Shown: positions 16,866 to 26,347 of the stretch, piece by piece
How the letters are laid out: each line of letters starts with the position of its first letter
How positions within the stretch are numbered: the stretch's first letter is position 1
DNA from: a virus
Taxonomy: Duplodnaviria > Caudoviricetes
Direction: 5' to 3' (one strand)
Virus record (IMG/VR): IMGVR_UViG_3300020202_000013
Coordinates: 1-51,014 of that record
Length of the DNA stretch: 51,014 nt
Translations under genes and position numbers: made by a program
Notes under the pieces: generated by a model
What the model saw: only the letters and a program-made list of their open reading frames with translations
What the model was told of the DNA's origin: nothing
Database searches by the model: none

Positions 16866-17333
16866 GTGATCGTCAAACAGTCGGTACAAGATAGTCAAAT
16901 CGTCTCGCACGATAGTGTCACGGAAGTGGTCCGGCGGCAGCTGCACACGGCGATCGTGGTGCGGCGCAGGTTCACGGCCGAGCAGCTTGCCAATGATAGT
17001 GGCGTCAGTGTCTCCGCGATCCGCTCGTACATGCGGAACGATGGGCCGAAGGAGCCTTGCCTATCCACGGCACTCAGCCTCGCGGTGGTTCTGGGGCAGC
17101 CGGCGGTATCCGCTATCATGGCGCTCATCGGCTACACGGCCGCTCCCCAGGACGAGCCTGACCAGATCCAGCCGATGCAGATCGTGGCCGGCTGCCTTAC
17201 GCAATTGGGAGTGATCGGCCGGGCTGCGGCGGACAATCGCATCGACCATGTCGAGGAGCCGGATACGATGGCAGCGGCGGATCTCCTCATCGCGACGGTG
17301 CTGCCGCTGTCGAGCGCGGGGAAGGCCGCTTGA
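16866..17333 (+). CDS. CII-like HTH transcription regulator
   Basis: FTAEQLANDSGVSVSAIRSYM HTH; AAADNRIDHVE C-terminal motif; position after cro. Confidence 0.75.
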   Translation: MIVKQSVQDSQIVSHDSVTEVVRRQLHTAIVVRRRFTAEQLANDSGVSVSAIRSYMRNDGPKEPCLSTALSLAVVLGQPAVSAIMALIGYTAAPQDEPDQIQPMQIVAGCLTQLGVIGRAAADNRIDHVEEPDTMAAADLLIATVLPLSSAGKAA

Positions 17334-18478
17334 GCGTCGATATCATCGTCGGTGACGCATTGACCGAGCTGCGCAAGCTGCCGTCGGAGAGCGTCGACTG
17401 CTGCGTCACGAGCCCGCCTTATTGGGGACTGCGGGATTACGACGTCGACGGTCAGATGGGTCTGGAACCCACGCTCGGCGAGCACCTGGACGCGATGGTT
17501 GAGCTATTCCGCGAGGTTCGGCGCGTCCTGAAATCTCACGGCACGCTCTGGCTGAATTACGGCGACTGCTATGCGGCCCAGCCGAACGGCAAGGCAGCCG
17601 CAGCTTACAAGGCGGAGGGCAGCGACGATCGCACCTTCCGCGACAAGCCGTTTTCGACCGTCGGGCCGATCTACCAGCGCGACGATTCCGCTCGGCAGCA
17701 AAGCCGCCGCGGGCGGAGTGGCAATCTTGGTAATGGAGGGATCAACGGCGTCGCCATTCCCAGCGGGCGCATCGTCGCTGGCGGATTTCTGAAGCCCAAA
17801 GACCTCTGCATGGTCCCTAACCGCCTTGCGATCGCGCTTCAGGATGACGGCTGGTTCGTTAGGTCCGAGATCATTTGGCACAAGCCCAACCCGATGCCTG
17901 AGAGCGTCTACGACCGGCCCACCTCGGCGCACGAGAAGGTCTGGCTGCTCACCAAGAGCGAGGAATATTTCTACAATCACGCGGCGATCCGGGAGCCGTG
18001 CAGCTCCGGCCCAAGCGACGTCCGGAAAATGCGCGAGGGGCTACCCCGCCTCGGCGGCAAGCACAAAGGCGCCAACGACCCAAGACTGAAAGCGAGTTCC
18101 CTCAGCAACATTGGCCGTAAACGATCCGTGGGAGATGGCGAGACCCGCAACGCTCGAAACGTTTGGACGATCGCACCCAAGCCGTTCCGCGAGGCGCACT
18201 TCGCGACCTTCCCGCCCGAGCTCGCGGCCCGATGCATCAAAGCTGGCGTGCCGGAGACCGTCTGTGGTGCGTGCGGGGCCCCGAGCGGCTGCGGCGGCAT
18301 CTGCAGTTTGTTCCCGCGCGTCCCCGGCCGCATCTTGGACCCATTCGGCGGCGCCGGCACCGTCGGGCTCGTGGCGGAATCGCTCGGCCTCGACGCCACG
18401 CTGATCGAGTTGAACCCCGGCTACGCAGCAATGGCGCGTCGGCGGATCGGCCTCACGGAAGAGGCTGAAGCAGCATGA
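17330..18478 (+). CDS. DNA amino-methyltransferase (N4-C/N6-A, beta class)
   Basis: VTSPPYW motif IV, then HFATFP and ILDPFGGAGT motif I. Confidence 0.93.
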   Translation: MSVDIIVGDALTELRKLPSESVDCCVTSPPYWGLRDYDVDGQMGLEPTLGEHLDAMVELFREVRRVLKSHGTLWLNYGDCYAAQPNGKAAAAYKAEGSDDRTFRDKPFSTVGPIYQRDDSARQQSRRGRSGNLGNGGINGVAIPSGRIVAGGFLKPKDLCMVPNRLAIALQDDGWFVRSEIIWHKPNPMPESVYDRPTSAHEKVWLLTKSEEYFYNHAAIREPCSSGPSDVRKMREGLPRLGGKHKGANDPRLKASSLSNIGRKRSVGDGETRNARNVWTIAPKPFREAHFATFPPELAARCIKAGVPETVCGACGAPSGCGGICSLFPRVPGRILDPFGGAGTVGLVAESLGLDATLIELNPGYAAMARRRIGLTEEAEAA

Positions 18479-19035
18479 GCCGCCAACTCGCCCTCTACCT
18501 CCACGCCCGAGCCGCCGGCGCCACGATGATGACCGCAGCCGCTGAGGCCGGGATCGCTGTCGCTGAAGCGCGCCTTATCGAGAACGACATCGCCCGCGGG
18601 ATCATCACGCTTCCTGCGCCCAAACCAATCACCCCCGAAGGAGAAGCCCCTATGCCCCGTGGAAAGAAGGCCGAAGCGCCGCAGGTCGAGGAGATCAAAG
18701 CGCCCGATTTCGAGCGTGCCGTTCGGATCTTCCGGCAGGACATCAAACCCGCCGTCGAGAGCGCTGGTGAGGCCGCCCAGGAAGCGTCAACCGGCTACAA
18801 GGAAATCAAGAACGAGTGCCACGTCAACACGCGCGCGGCCAAGTTCGTCTTCAAGCTGGCGAGCGAGAGCGAGGAAAAGCGGAACGACATCCTCCGCTCA
18901 CTCCGCGGCCTCCTCGGGGCCATGCAGATCGGGATCACCGACGACCTCGTCTCACTTGCCGAGAGCGAGACGCCTGACGCGCCGATCGTTCCGACCGCGG
19001 CCGCAGAACCACTCGAACTTCACACCGTCCAGTAA
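18475..19035 (+). CDS. GapR/DUF2312-like DNA-binding protein with N-terminal extension
   Basis: EASTGYKEIKNECHVNTRAAKFVFKL...EKRNDIL...LGAMQI matches GapR helix spacing by eye; alternative start 18652. Confidence 0.55.
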   Translation: MSRQLALYLHARAAGATMMTAAAEAGIAVAEARLIENDIARGIITLPAPKPITPEGEAPMPRGKKAEAPQVEEIKAPDFERAVRIFRQDIKPAVESAGEAAQEASTGYKEIKNECHVNTRAAKFVFKLASESEEKRNDILRSLRGLLGAMQIGITDDLVSLAESETPDAPIVPTAAAEPLELHTVQ

Positions 19036-19586
19036 TGACGTTCGTGGCGCTGGATTTATCGAAGGTGTCGGCCGGGTGGGCCCTCTGGAACGAGGGCATG
19101 GATCTTCCGGCGTGCGGCACTTGGGAACTCGGCTCGTCGATTACATCGGCGGGTCGGGCCTTCCTGCGCCTCCACCAGCGCTTGAACGACATCCATATCG
19201 TCACGCCAATCTCGAACCTCACCTATGAGAAGCCACTGGATCCGGCGACGCTCGGACGACAGACCAGCTTCGATATTCCCTTCGTTCTGATGGGGCTTGC
19301 CGCCCACGTCGAAAGCTATTGCGAGGCCAAGGCAATCCGCAAGGTGGCGTCGGTTCACCAAGCGACGTGGCGACGACATTTCCTGGGTAGGCTGAAGCGC
19401 GGCACCCGAAGCACGACGCTGAAGGACTATGCGGTCACGGCCTGCAAGCAGCTGGGGATCAGCCCCGGCAAGCACGACGCGGCCGAAGCCTGCGGGATCC
19501 TCGATTACTCGCTGCACCTGGCCGGGATCACCCCGCCTTGGCGGATGCAGCATGTGCTTACCGGGCAACTGGGGAGGGCGGCGTGA
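19035..19586 (+). CDS. RuvC-like Holliday junction resolvase
   Basis: FVALDLS..SAGWA, YEKP, TWRRHF, HDAAEACGI. Confidence 0.8.
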   Translation: MTFVALDLSKVSAGWALWNEGMDLPACGTWELGSSITSAGRAFLRLHQRLNDIHIVTPISNLTYEKPLDPATLGRQTSFDIPFVLMGLAAHVESYCEAKAIRKVASVHQATWRRHFLGRLKRGTRSTTLKDYAVTACKQLGISPGKHDAAEACGILDYSLHLAGITPPWRMQHVLTGQLGRAA

Positions 19587-20224
19587 TTGCCTATGCGGCG
19601 CGTACCGGCACCCGGCGAAACCTGGATGCGCTTCGAGGTGCCGACTGGCGGCTTATGGTCTCGGCAAGGGGTGTGCTGCGGACGGAGGGATTTCCCTATG
19701 CACTCGACAATGGGGCCTGGACCGCGTTTCAGCGCGGCGAGCCCTTCGACGTGCCCGCGTTCGAACGAGCCGTGAAGATGCTCGGTTCGGGAGCTGACTG
19801 GATCGTCGTTCCCGATATCGTAATGGGCAGCCTTGCCTCGCTCGCTTTCTCCCGGCGCTGGCTGAAGAACCTGAGGCGGCGCGTCGCCCTTCGGGACCAA
19901 ACGTTTTTAATTGCCGTCCAGAACGGGATGGAGCCCAAGCACCTGAGACGGCTTCTCGGTCGCAAGGTCGGCATCTTCGTCGGCGGCGACACCGAATGGA
20001 AGCTCGCTACCATGAAGCAGTGGGCGGATCTGGCGCATAGCCGGGGTGCAATCTGCCATGTCGGGCGCGTGAACACGGCCGTTCGCATACATGCTTGCGA
20101 GGCGGCTGGCGTCGACAGTTTCGACGGGTCATCAGCCTCCCGCTTTTCGGTGACGCTTCGCCCGTTAGAGCTTGCCCGTCAGCAGACGGACCTTGAGGGC
20201 TATTTGGCGAGGCTGGCCGCATGA
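19583..20224 (+). CDS. TGT/DpdA-like (deazaguanine transglycosylase-fold) protein
   Basis: YALDNGAW, VVPDIV, AVQNG, IFVGG, CHVGRVN, GVDSFDGS motifs; GTGA-coupled start. Confidence 0.6.
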   Translation: MIAYAARTGTRRNLDALRGADWRLMVSARGVLRTEGFPYALDNGAWTAFQRGEPFDVPAFERAVKMLGSGADWIVVPDIVMGSLASLAFSRRWLKNLRRRVALRDQTFLIAVQNGMEPKHLRRLLGRKVGIFVGGDTEWKLATMKQWADLAHSRGAICHVGRVNTAVRIHACEAAGVDSFDGSSASRFSVTLRPLELARQQTDLEGYLARLAA

Positions 20225-21021
20225 CAGTCGCCATCGCCGCCACCCGCCACAGCTCGATCAATCGCGCGATCATGCTCGACTGGATCAAGGTCTGCATCGA
20301 CGAGGGCAAGCCGCTCCCGACCGACGAGGAAATCGCGGCCCGGTTCCAGTTCCTCGGGATCGAGCAGTCCCGCACGCTGCTGGCCGACCTCGCCGACCAG
20401 GGCTTGATCCGGATCCGGCATGGCAGCGACGGCCGCGAGATCAGCCTGGGCGAGGCGCCCGCTTCCAAGGCTTCTGCTGCGCGTCCGATCCCGAGCGTGG
20501 TCAAGCCGAGCCGCAGGCCGAAGACGGTCGACGAATGCGCGGCGAAGATCGTCAGCATCCTGCGGCCGAAGCGAGCTGGCCAGCCCAAGAACCCGGTGGC
20601 GCACGAAGCGAGGCCCGCGCAGCCGGAGATCGCGGGGGAGCTAGAGGCCCCAGTGTCGCTGACCGTCTCGCCCGTTCCGCTCGCTCAGCCAGGTCCGCAG
20701 CCGGCAAAGGCCAAGCGACAGACAAGAGACCAGCGCCGCAATTCAACGCGGATGCAGCTAAATATCCGCCCATCTGATCGAGCCATCGACCACCTGCGCG
20801 GGATGCAGCTGCCGGGCGAAGTACTTTCCGCCACCCTCGCTCGCCTCCTCGAGCAAGTTGCATCTGGTCAGCAGGTCGCGGACGCTCGCAAGCCTCTCGT
20901 TTCCGGCAAGGTCCTGAAGGCTGCCAATCAGGCACGGAAGGACCTTCATGTTTTCGCTGGTGAGCTGATCGAGCTTGGCTTCGAGCGCTGGATCAAGCGC
21001 CAGGGGAGGGCGTCCCGATGA
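20221..21021 (+). CDS. regulator with LexA-like winged-HTH N-terminus
   Basis: LDWIKVCIDEGKPLPTDEEIAARFQF...LADLADQGLIRI; Pro/Lys-rich linker; no S24 domain. Confidence 0.65.
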   Translation: MTVAIAATRHSSINRAIMLDWIKVCIDEGKPLPTDEEIAARFQFLGIEQSRTLLADLADQGLIRIRHGSDGREISLGEAPASKASAARPIPSVVKPSRRPKTVDECAAKIVSILRPKRAGQPKNPVAHEARPAQPEIAGELEAPVSLTVSPVPLAQPGPQPAKAKRQTRDQRRNSTRMQLNIRPSDRAIDHLRGMQLPGEVLSATLARLLEQVASGQQVADARKPLVSGKVLKAANQARKDLHVFAGELIELGFERWIKRQGRASR

Positions 21022-21224
21022 GCGCCGAGGTTATCTCCCTCCGGCCATCGCAAGCCGATCTGGAAGCGGCCTGGGCGGCCTATGACGCTGCGAGGATGCA
21101 GCTGGAGCGCCTGTACGCCTTCCCGGTCAGCAGCACCGACAATGAGCGCTTCAACGCTGCCATCCAGGCGGTGCGGGCCCACCAGGCCTTCTATCGGCTC
21201 GCGAAGCGCATGGAGGGCATGTGA
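21018..21224 (+). CDS. hypothetical protein
   Basis: Coupled ORF with RBS. Confidence 0.6.
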   Translation: MSAEVISLRPSQADLEAAWAAYDAARMQLERLYAFPVSSTDNERFNAAIQAVRAHQAFYRLAKRMEGM

Positions 21225-22663
21225 ACCAGTACGCCCACGTCCAGCGCGACCCGTACCCGCCATCGCTGATCAACATCGAAACTGAGGCCGCGCTCCTCGG
21301 TGCCCTGATGATCAATAACGGCTTTGTGGATCAGGTCGCGGAGCGCATCACCCCGGAGGACTTCGCATCCGGGCTGCATCAGCGCCTTTATGCGACCATC
21401 CTCAGCGAGGTGTCGGCCGGACGGGCGGCCACGCCCCCATTGCTGCGCAACCACTTCCTCTCGGATCCTGATCTGGAGGCATTCGGCGGGCCCGGGTACC
21501 TGTTCGAACTGACCGGCGAAAAGGCCGGCGTCATCGGCATCTGGGACTTCGCCAAGCAGGTGGTCGACCTGGCCAAGCGCCGGCGGCTGCTCGATGAAAT
21601 GACATCGCTCTCAGCCGACGTCGCGACGCTCACGGACAACCCCGTCGAGCAGCTCGTCGATCGGATCGATAATGCCCTGGCCGGCGCCCTGCAGCGCGAG
21701 CAGACGACCAAGAGCTACACCATCGCCCAGGCCTTCGACCGCACATGGGAGGCGATCGAGGCAGAAGCCGCAGGGGAGGGGCCTCAGGGCATCCGCATTG
21801 ATGGCCTGGACGACTTCAACCAGCTGACCGGAGACCTTCGCCGCGGAGAGCTGATGTATCTCGGCGGACGCCCCTCGATGGGGAAGACCGCACTGGCCGT
21901 TGATATCGCGCTAGGCGCCGCACGCGCCGGCAACGGCACCTTGTTCGTCAGCCTGGAGATGCGGACCGCTGAGGTCGTCACCCGGGCGATGAGCAGCCTG
22001 ATCTTCGAATATGGCAATTCGCCTAGCTATGAGAACGTCCGGCGGGGGAAGCTCAATGCCTTTGACCGGGAACGGCTGAAGTCGGCTCGCCAGGCGGTGG
22101 ACACCTGGCCTCTAATCGTCACGGATCCTGCGACGCTCAGCATAGGCCGCCTCGCCATGATGATCCGGCGATACCAGCGGCAAATGGTCGCGAAGGGGCA
22201 GACGCTCGACCTCGTCGTCATTGATTATCTCGGCCTCATTCGAGGCACCGACAAGCGCGCCAAGCGATACGAGGAGGTCGGGGAAATATCCCGGATCCTG
22301 AAGCAGGTCGCCAAGGAGTGCGACGTCGCCTTGATCGTCCTCGCCCAGCTCAATCGTGAATGCGAGAAGCGTGAGGATAAGCGGCCCCAGCTCAGCGACC
22401 TTCGGGATGCTGGTGACGTCGAGCAGGACGCGGACGTCGTGATGTTCGTCTTCCGCGAGGAATATTACCTTGAGCGCTCGGAGCCAGAGGTCGACGATAA
22501 GAAGCGGGCCGGCTGGGAAACATCAATGGCCGCCGCGCGCGACCGTGTTGAGCTGATCACCGCCAAGGTCCGAAACGGGCGAGTGGGCAAGCGCCTCTGC
22601 TACTTTTTCGGCAGCCATCAAGCCGTCCGCGGCTCGAATTACATGAGGGACCTGGGACGGTGA
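21221..22663 (+). CDS. dnaB: replicative DNA helicase
   Basis: EAALLGAL, GGRPSMGKT Walker A, VIDYLGL, LAQLNR, DLRDAGDVEQDAD. Confidence 0.96.
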   Translation: MNQYAHVQRDPYPPSLINIETEAALLGALMINNGFVDQVAERITPEDFASGLHQRLYATILSEVSAGRAATPPLLRNHFLSDPDLEAFGGPGYLFELTGEKAGVIGIWDFAKQVVDLAKRRRLLDEMTSLSADVATLTDNPVEQLVDRIDNALAGALQREQTTKSYTIAQAFDRTWEAIEAEAAGEGPQGIRIDGLDDFNQLTGDLRRGELMYLGGRPSMGKTALAVDIALGAARAGNGTLFVSLEMRTAEVVTRAMSSLIFEYGNSPSYENVRRGKLNAFDRERLKSARQAVDTWPLIVTDPATLSIGRLAMMIRRYQRQMVAKGQTLDLVVIDYLGLIRGTDKRAKRYEEVGEISRILKQVAKECDVALIVLAQLNRECEKREDKRPQLSDLRDAGDVEQDADVVMFVFREEYYLERSEPEVDDKKRAGWETSMAAARDRVELITAKVRNGRVGKRLCYFFGSHQAVRGSNYMRDLGR

Positions 22664-23496
22664 GTAAGCGCCCTGCTTTTCAATTTTACCCCTCCGACTG
22701 GAGGAATGACCCGGCCCTTCGGCTTTGCTCGGTTGGCGCCCGCGGACTGTGGATCGACATGCTCTGCCTGATGCACGAGGGGCAGCCCTACGGCCATCTG
22801 ACGGTCCAGGGGCGGCCGATCACTGCGGACTCGCTCGCCCGCCTCGTTGGCGAAAGCGCTGCAGCCGTAAAGCGGTGGATGAAGGAGCTTGCCGATAACG
22901 ACGTCTATTCGGTCAGCGATGACGGCCTGATCTTCAGCCGGCGGATGGTGCGCGATGAGGATCTTCGGGAACGACGTGCCGCCGGTGGTCAAGCTGGCGG
23001 CGAGCACGGCAAGAAGGGCGGTTCTCACGGTGCCAAAGGGGGTAGGCCGAAGAAGGAAAAAACCCCCGATGATGCAAGCGAAAGGGGCGTTGAAAAACCC
23101 CCCTTAAAACCCCCCCCTTCTTCTTCTACTTCTACTTCTTCTTCATCTTCAATACCCCCTAATCCCCCACAGCAATATCGATCGCCACCGCTGTCGCCGG
23201 AGGTCGAAAAGCTGATGGAAGCGGGCGGGTTCGTGTCACCGCCAAGCCTCGACCTGGTCGCCAAGTGGAAAGCTGCGGGAGCGGACTTCGAGAGGGATAT
23301 CCTACCCGTCATCCGGGCAGAAGCTCGCAACCTTCGAGAGCGAACCGGCCAAGCGCCAAGGACGCTGAGCGTATTCGACAAGGCGATGATGGGGAAGCTT
23401 GCCGAGGATGCCTCCGAGGTTCAGCGATTGGCGAAGATCGAGCGGCGCCTGCGTCGAATGGACGAGCAGCAGCTTAGCGAGGAGCGCCACCATTGA
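22660..23496 (+). CDS. phage replication initiator (YdaU/DUF1376-like N-terminus)
   Basis: PAFQFYPSDW...ARGLWIDMLCLMH...SRRMVRD; low-complexity linker. Confidence 0.8.
   Translation: MSKRPAFQFYPSDWRNDPALRLCSVGARGLWIDMLCLMHEGQPYGHLTVQGRPITADSLARLVGESAAAVKRWMKELADNDVYSVSDDGLIFSRRMVRDEDLRERRAAGGQAGGEHGKKGGSHGAKGGRPKKEKTPDDASERGVEKPPLKPPPSSSTSTSSSSSIPPNPPQQYRSPPLSPEVEKLMEAGGFVSPPSLDLVAKWKAAGADFERDILPVIRAEARNLRERTGQAPRTLSVFDKAMMGKLAEDASEVQRLAKIERRLRRMDEQQLSEERHH
23056..23170. other. candidate replication origin inside initiator gene
   Basis: Repeated AAAA(A)CCCCC blocks and a strand-skewed pyrimidine tract (CTT/CTA repeats). Confidence 0.45.
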
Positions 23497-23524
23497 GCCG
23501 GCGTCGTGATCTGGTCTCGGCGTC

Positions 23525-23962
23525 ATGGCCGTGAACCGGCCCTTCATCCGGCCCTGCCCCGACGACTTCGTGGAGATCTACCTCCAGATCGGATGGGACG
23601 GGATCGAGGACCATTACCGGGCCCACAAGCTGACGATCAAGCGATGGGTCCAGGAGAACGGGGGCGATGAACTGAAGGCCCGGCGCAAGGAGGCCGTGAA
23701 GGCTCTGAGGCTGGCCAGGAGCCACGTCCGAGGTCGGGCGCCCGCTCCGGTGACTGACGGGATCACTGTTGATGAAACGCTCGTCGCAGCCGCGGCGCAA
23801 CACCTGAGGCAGCCAAGCTCGGGAGGATGGACCGTATCACCGACCGGGCAAGGGGATTGGCGTGTCGGCACCATGCGGAAGACGCCGGCGGAGCTGGTCG
23901 AGATGGCTGAGCGGAAGGGGTTCAACCGCCTCGCCGTTACGGTCGGACTGTGTAGGGGGTAG
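23525..23962 (+). CDS. hypothetical protein, candidate late-gene activator
   Basis: Last gene before terminase; HTH-like N-terminus (TIKRW). Confidence 0.6.
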   Translation: MAVNRPFIRPCPDDFVEIYLQIGWDGIEDHYRAHKLTIKRWVQENGGDELKARRKEAVKALRLARSHVRGRAPAPVTDGITVDETLVAAAAQHLRQPSSGGWTVSPTGQGDWRVGTMRKTPAELVEMAERKGFNRLAVTVGLCRG

Positions 23963-23971
23963 GAGGATCGC

Positions 23972-24415
23972 ATGCCCGGACCTCTGAAAAACGCGCGCCA
24001 AGAGCGGTTTGCGCAGGAACTTGCGAAGGGCAGGTCGCAGGTCGATGCCTACCAGGCTGCCGGATACAAGCCGGATCGCGGGGCAGCGACGAGGCTGTCA
24101 GCAAATGTCAGCGTCGCGGCTCGGGTCGAAGAGTTGAAGGGGAGGGCCGCTGACAAGGCCGCCATCACCGTCGCCGACATCGCCCGCCAGCTCGACGACG
24201 ACCGGGCATTCGCCAAGGCGTGCAACTCTCCGGCTGCCATGGTCTCGGCCACGCTCGGCAAGGCGAAGGTCCTGGGCCTAATCAAGGAACGCCACGAGCA
24301 CACCGGCAAGGACGGGGCACCGATCGAGTATCGGAACCTGCCGGAGGAGGAGATCGACGCTCGTCTCGCAGCGTTGGCGGCGAAGAATGCTGAACCTCGC
24401 AAACTGGCCAATTGA
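23972..24415 (+). CDS. terS: terminase small subunit
   Basis: LKNARQERFAQELAKG..AYQAAGY; HEHTGKDGAPI. Confidence 0.88.
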   Translation: MPGPLKNARQERFAQELAKGRSQVDAYQAAGYKPDRGAATRLSANVSVAARVEELKGRAADKAAITVADIARQLDDDRAFAKACNSPAAMVSATLGKAKVLGLIKERHEHTGKDGAPIEYRNLPEEEIDARLAALAAKNAEPRKLAN

Positions 24416-25919
24416 GGACAAGCGAGAGGCGCTTGCACTCCTCGAAGCGAAGGCTGCCCATGAGGAGCGCCGTCGCAGGGAAGCGGAACAGCAGCGCCTC
24501 CGCGAGACTGAGGGGCAGATCCGCGAGCGATGCCGGACCCTCTCCGGCTTCATCCGCGAAGCTTGGCACGTCCTCGAACCTTCGAACCCGTACATCCATG
24601 GCTGGCACGTCGACGCGATCGCCGAGCACCTGGAGGCAATCACCCACGGGCAGATCAACCGGCTGCTGATCAACGTCCCGCCCGGCACCATGAAATCGCT
24701 GCTGACGGGCGTTCTCTGGCCGGCTTGGGAGTGGGGACCGATGGGGAGGCCTGCCACCCGCATCATCGGCTCGAGCTATTCCGAGGATTACGCCAAGCGC
24801 GACAATCGGCGGATGCGCGACCTGGTGACGTCGGACTGGTATCGGGCTCTGTGGGGCGACACGGTGCAGCTGGTCCGCGCTGGCGAGATGGCGTTCAGCA
24901 ATACCGCGACGGGCTTCAGGCAGGGCATCCCGTTCTCGCGCCTCACCGGCGGCCGTGGTGATCGGGTGATTATCGACGACCCACACAGCGTCGACGGCGC
25001 CGAGAGCGAGGCTGAGCGCGGCAGCACCATCCGGACCTTTCGCGAATCCGTGCCCACCCGCCTCAATAACCCGAGCAAATCGGCGATCGTCGTCATCATG
25101 CAGCGGCTGCACGAGCAGGACGTCTCCGGGACCATCCTCGCGCTGAACCTCGGCTATGAGCACCTGATGCTGCCGATGGAGTTCGAGCCGGAGCGGGCCT
25201 GCCACACCAGCATCGGGTTCACGGATCCGCGCACCTACGATGGCGAGCTGCTGTTCCCGGAGCGCTTTCCCCGTGAGGTGGTGGAGCGCGACAAGGTCCC
25301 GATGGGCTCCTATGCGGTGGCAGGGCAGTTCCAGCAGCGCCCAACCCCTCGATCAGGCGGCATGTTCCAGCGTGGTGACTTCCAGATCGTGGATGCGGTG
25401 CCGGCCAAGGTGCAGCGTCGGGTGCGAGCCTGGGACTTCGCAGCGTCGAAGCCGAAGCCGGGGAAGCAGCCGGACTGGACCGTGGGGCTGCGGATGAGCT
25501 GGGCCGATGGTGTTTTTTACGTGGAGAGCGTGACGCGGGGCAGATGGGGCCCGGCCGACGTCGAACGGACGCTGAAGAACGTCGCCTCGCAGGACGGGCC
25601 GAGCGTCACCATCCGCATGCCGCAGGATCCCGGCGCTGCGGGCAAGGCCGACGCCGAGACCAAGGTGAAGCTGCTGCAGGGCTATGGGACGGTCGTGAAG
25701 CCGATCAGCGGCGACAAGGCGACCCGGGCGCGGCCGGCATCAGCGCAGGCGGAGGCGGGGAACGTGAAGCTGGTGCGCGGGGAGTGGAACGAGGCCTTCC
25801 TGGATGAGGTCTGCTCGTTCCCGAACAGCATGTTCGATGACCAGGTGGATGCGTTTGCCGATGCGCTTAACGAGCTGGCGCTGGGGTCGAGCTATAATAT
25901 TTTGAACGCGCTGACGTGA
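24387..25919 (+). CDS. terL: terminase large subunit
   Basis: NVPPGTMKS, VIIDDP, MQRLHE, RAWDFA, DDQVDA. Confidence 0.95.
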   Translation: MLNLANWPIEDKREALALLEAKAAHEERRRREAEQQRLRETEGQIRERCRTLSGFIREAWHVLEPSNPYIHGWHVDAIAEHLEAITHGQINRLLINVPPGTMKSLLTGVLWPAWEWGPMGRPATRIIGSSYSEDYAKRDNRRMRDLVTSDWYRALWGDTVQLVRAGEMAFSNTATGFRQGIPFSRLTGGRGDRVIIDDPHSVDGAESEAERGSTIRTFRESVPTRLNNPSKSAIVVIMQRLHEQDVSGTILALNLGYEHLMLPMEFEPERACHTSIGFTDPRTYDGELLFPERFPREVVERDKVPMGSYAVAGQFQQRPTPRSGGMFQRGDFQIVDAVPAKVQRRVRAWDFAASKPKPGKQPDWTVGLRMSWADGVFYVESVTRGRWGPADVERTLKNVASQDGPSVTIRMPQDPGAAGKADAETKVKLLQGYGTVVKPISGDKATRARPASAQAEAGNVKLVRGEWNEAFLDEVCSFPNSMFDDQVDAFADALNELALGSSYNILNALT

Positions 25920-26152
25920 GGTGGAGCATGCAAAGTTGGACCGCAGAACAGGTGGATCGCGCCCGAGCAAGGCTCCTCCACGACATCTCTAATGAGGCCC
26001 TTGAAAGAGGCAGGCGGGAAAGCGCGCACATGGCGGCGTGGGGCAATCCAAAGCGGTGTCAGACCCGCCCGAGCCAAGTCGGCTTAATGGGCGAGTGCCT
26101 GTTCTGTGGTGCCATCAATGGTGAAGCTTGTCGGGCAGGAGCTGACGCATGA
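25916..26152 (+). CDS. hypothetical protein with C-terminal Cys cluster
   Basis: ECLFCGA...EAC; coupled to terL. Confidence 0.55.
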   Translation: MRWSMQSWTAEQVDRARARLLHDISNEALERGRRESAHMAAWGNPKRCQTRPSQVGLMGECLFCGAINGEACRAGADA

Positions 26153-26313
26153 GTCAGAGGGTGACGCCTATCCCGGCGATCTATGCCGATGATCCGGACG
26201 AGACTGCAGGCCGAGCGCTTTACCGGGCGCAAGCCGACAGACTGGCTCGGGAGCAACTCGCTTACGAACGACGGACGGTCTCGCTGAAGAAGAGGGGCCA
26301 GACCGCGCCGTAA
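26149..26313 (+). CDS. small hypothetical protein (54 aa, MSQRVTPIPA...)
   Basis: Read manually; AGGAG RBS, ATGA overlap. Confidence 0.45.
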   Translation: MSQRVTPIPAIYADDPDETAGRALYRAQADRLAREQLAYERRTVSLKKRGQTAP

Positions 26314-26339
26314 CCGCTGACCGCCGCTCCCGGTAATTT
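26307..26339 (+). promoter_or_regulatory. late promoter GCCGTAA-N20-TAATTT; probably leaderless portal mRNA
   Basis: ATG 8 nt after the -10 box, no SD sequence. Confidence 0.65.
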
Positions 26340-26347
26340 CCGGCCCC

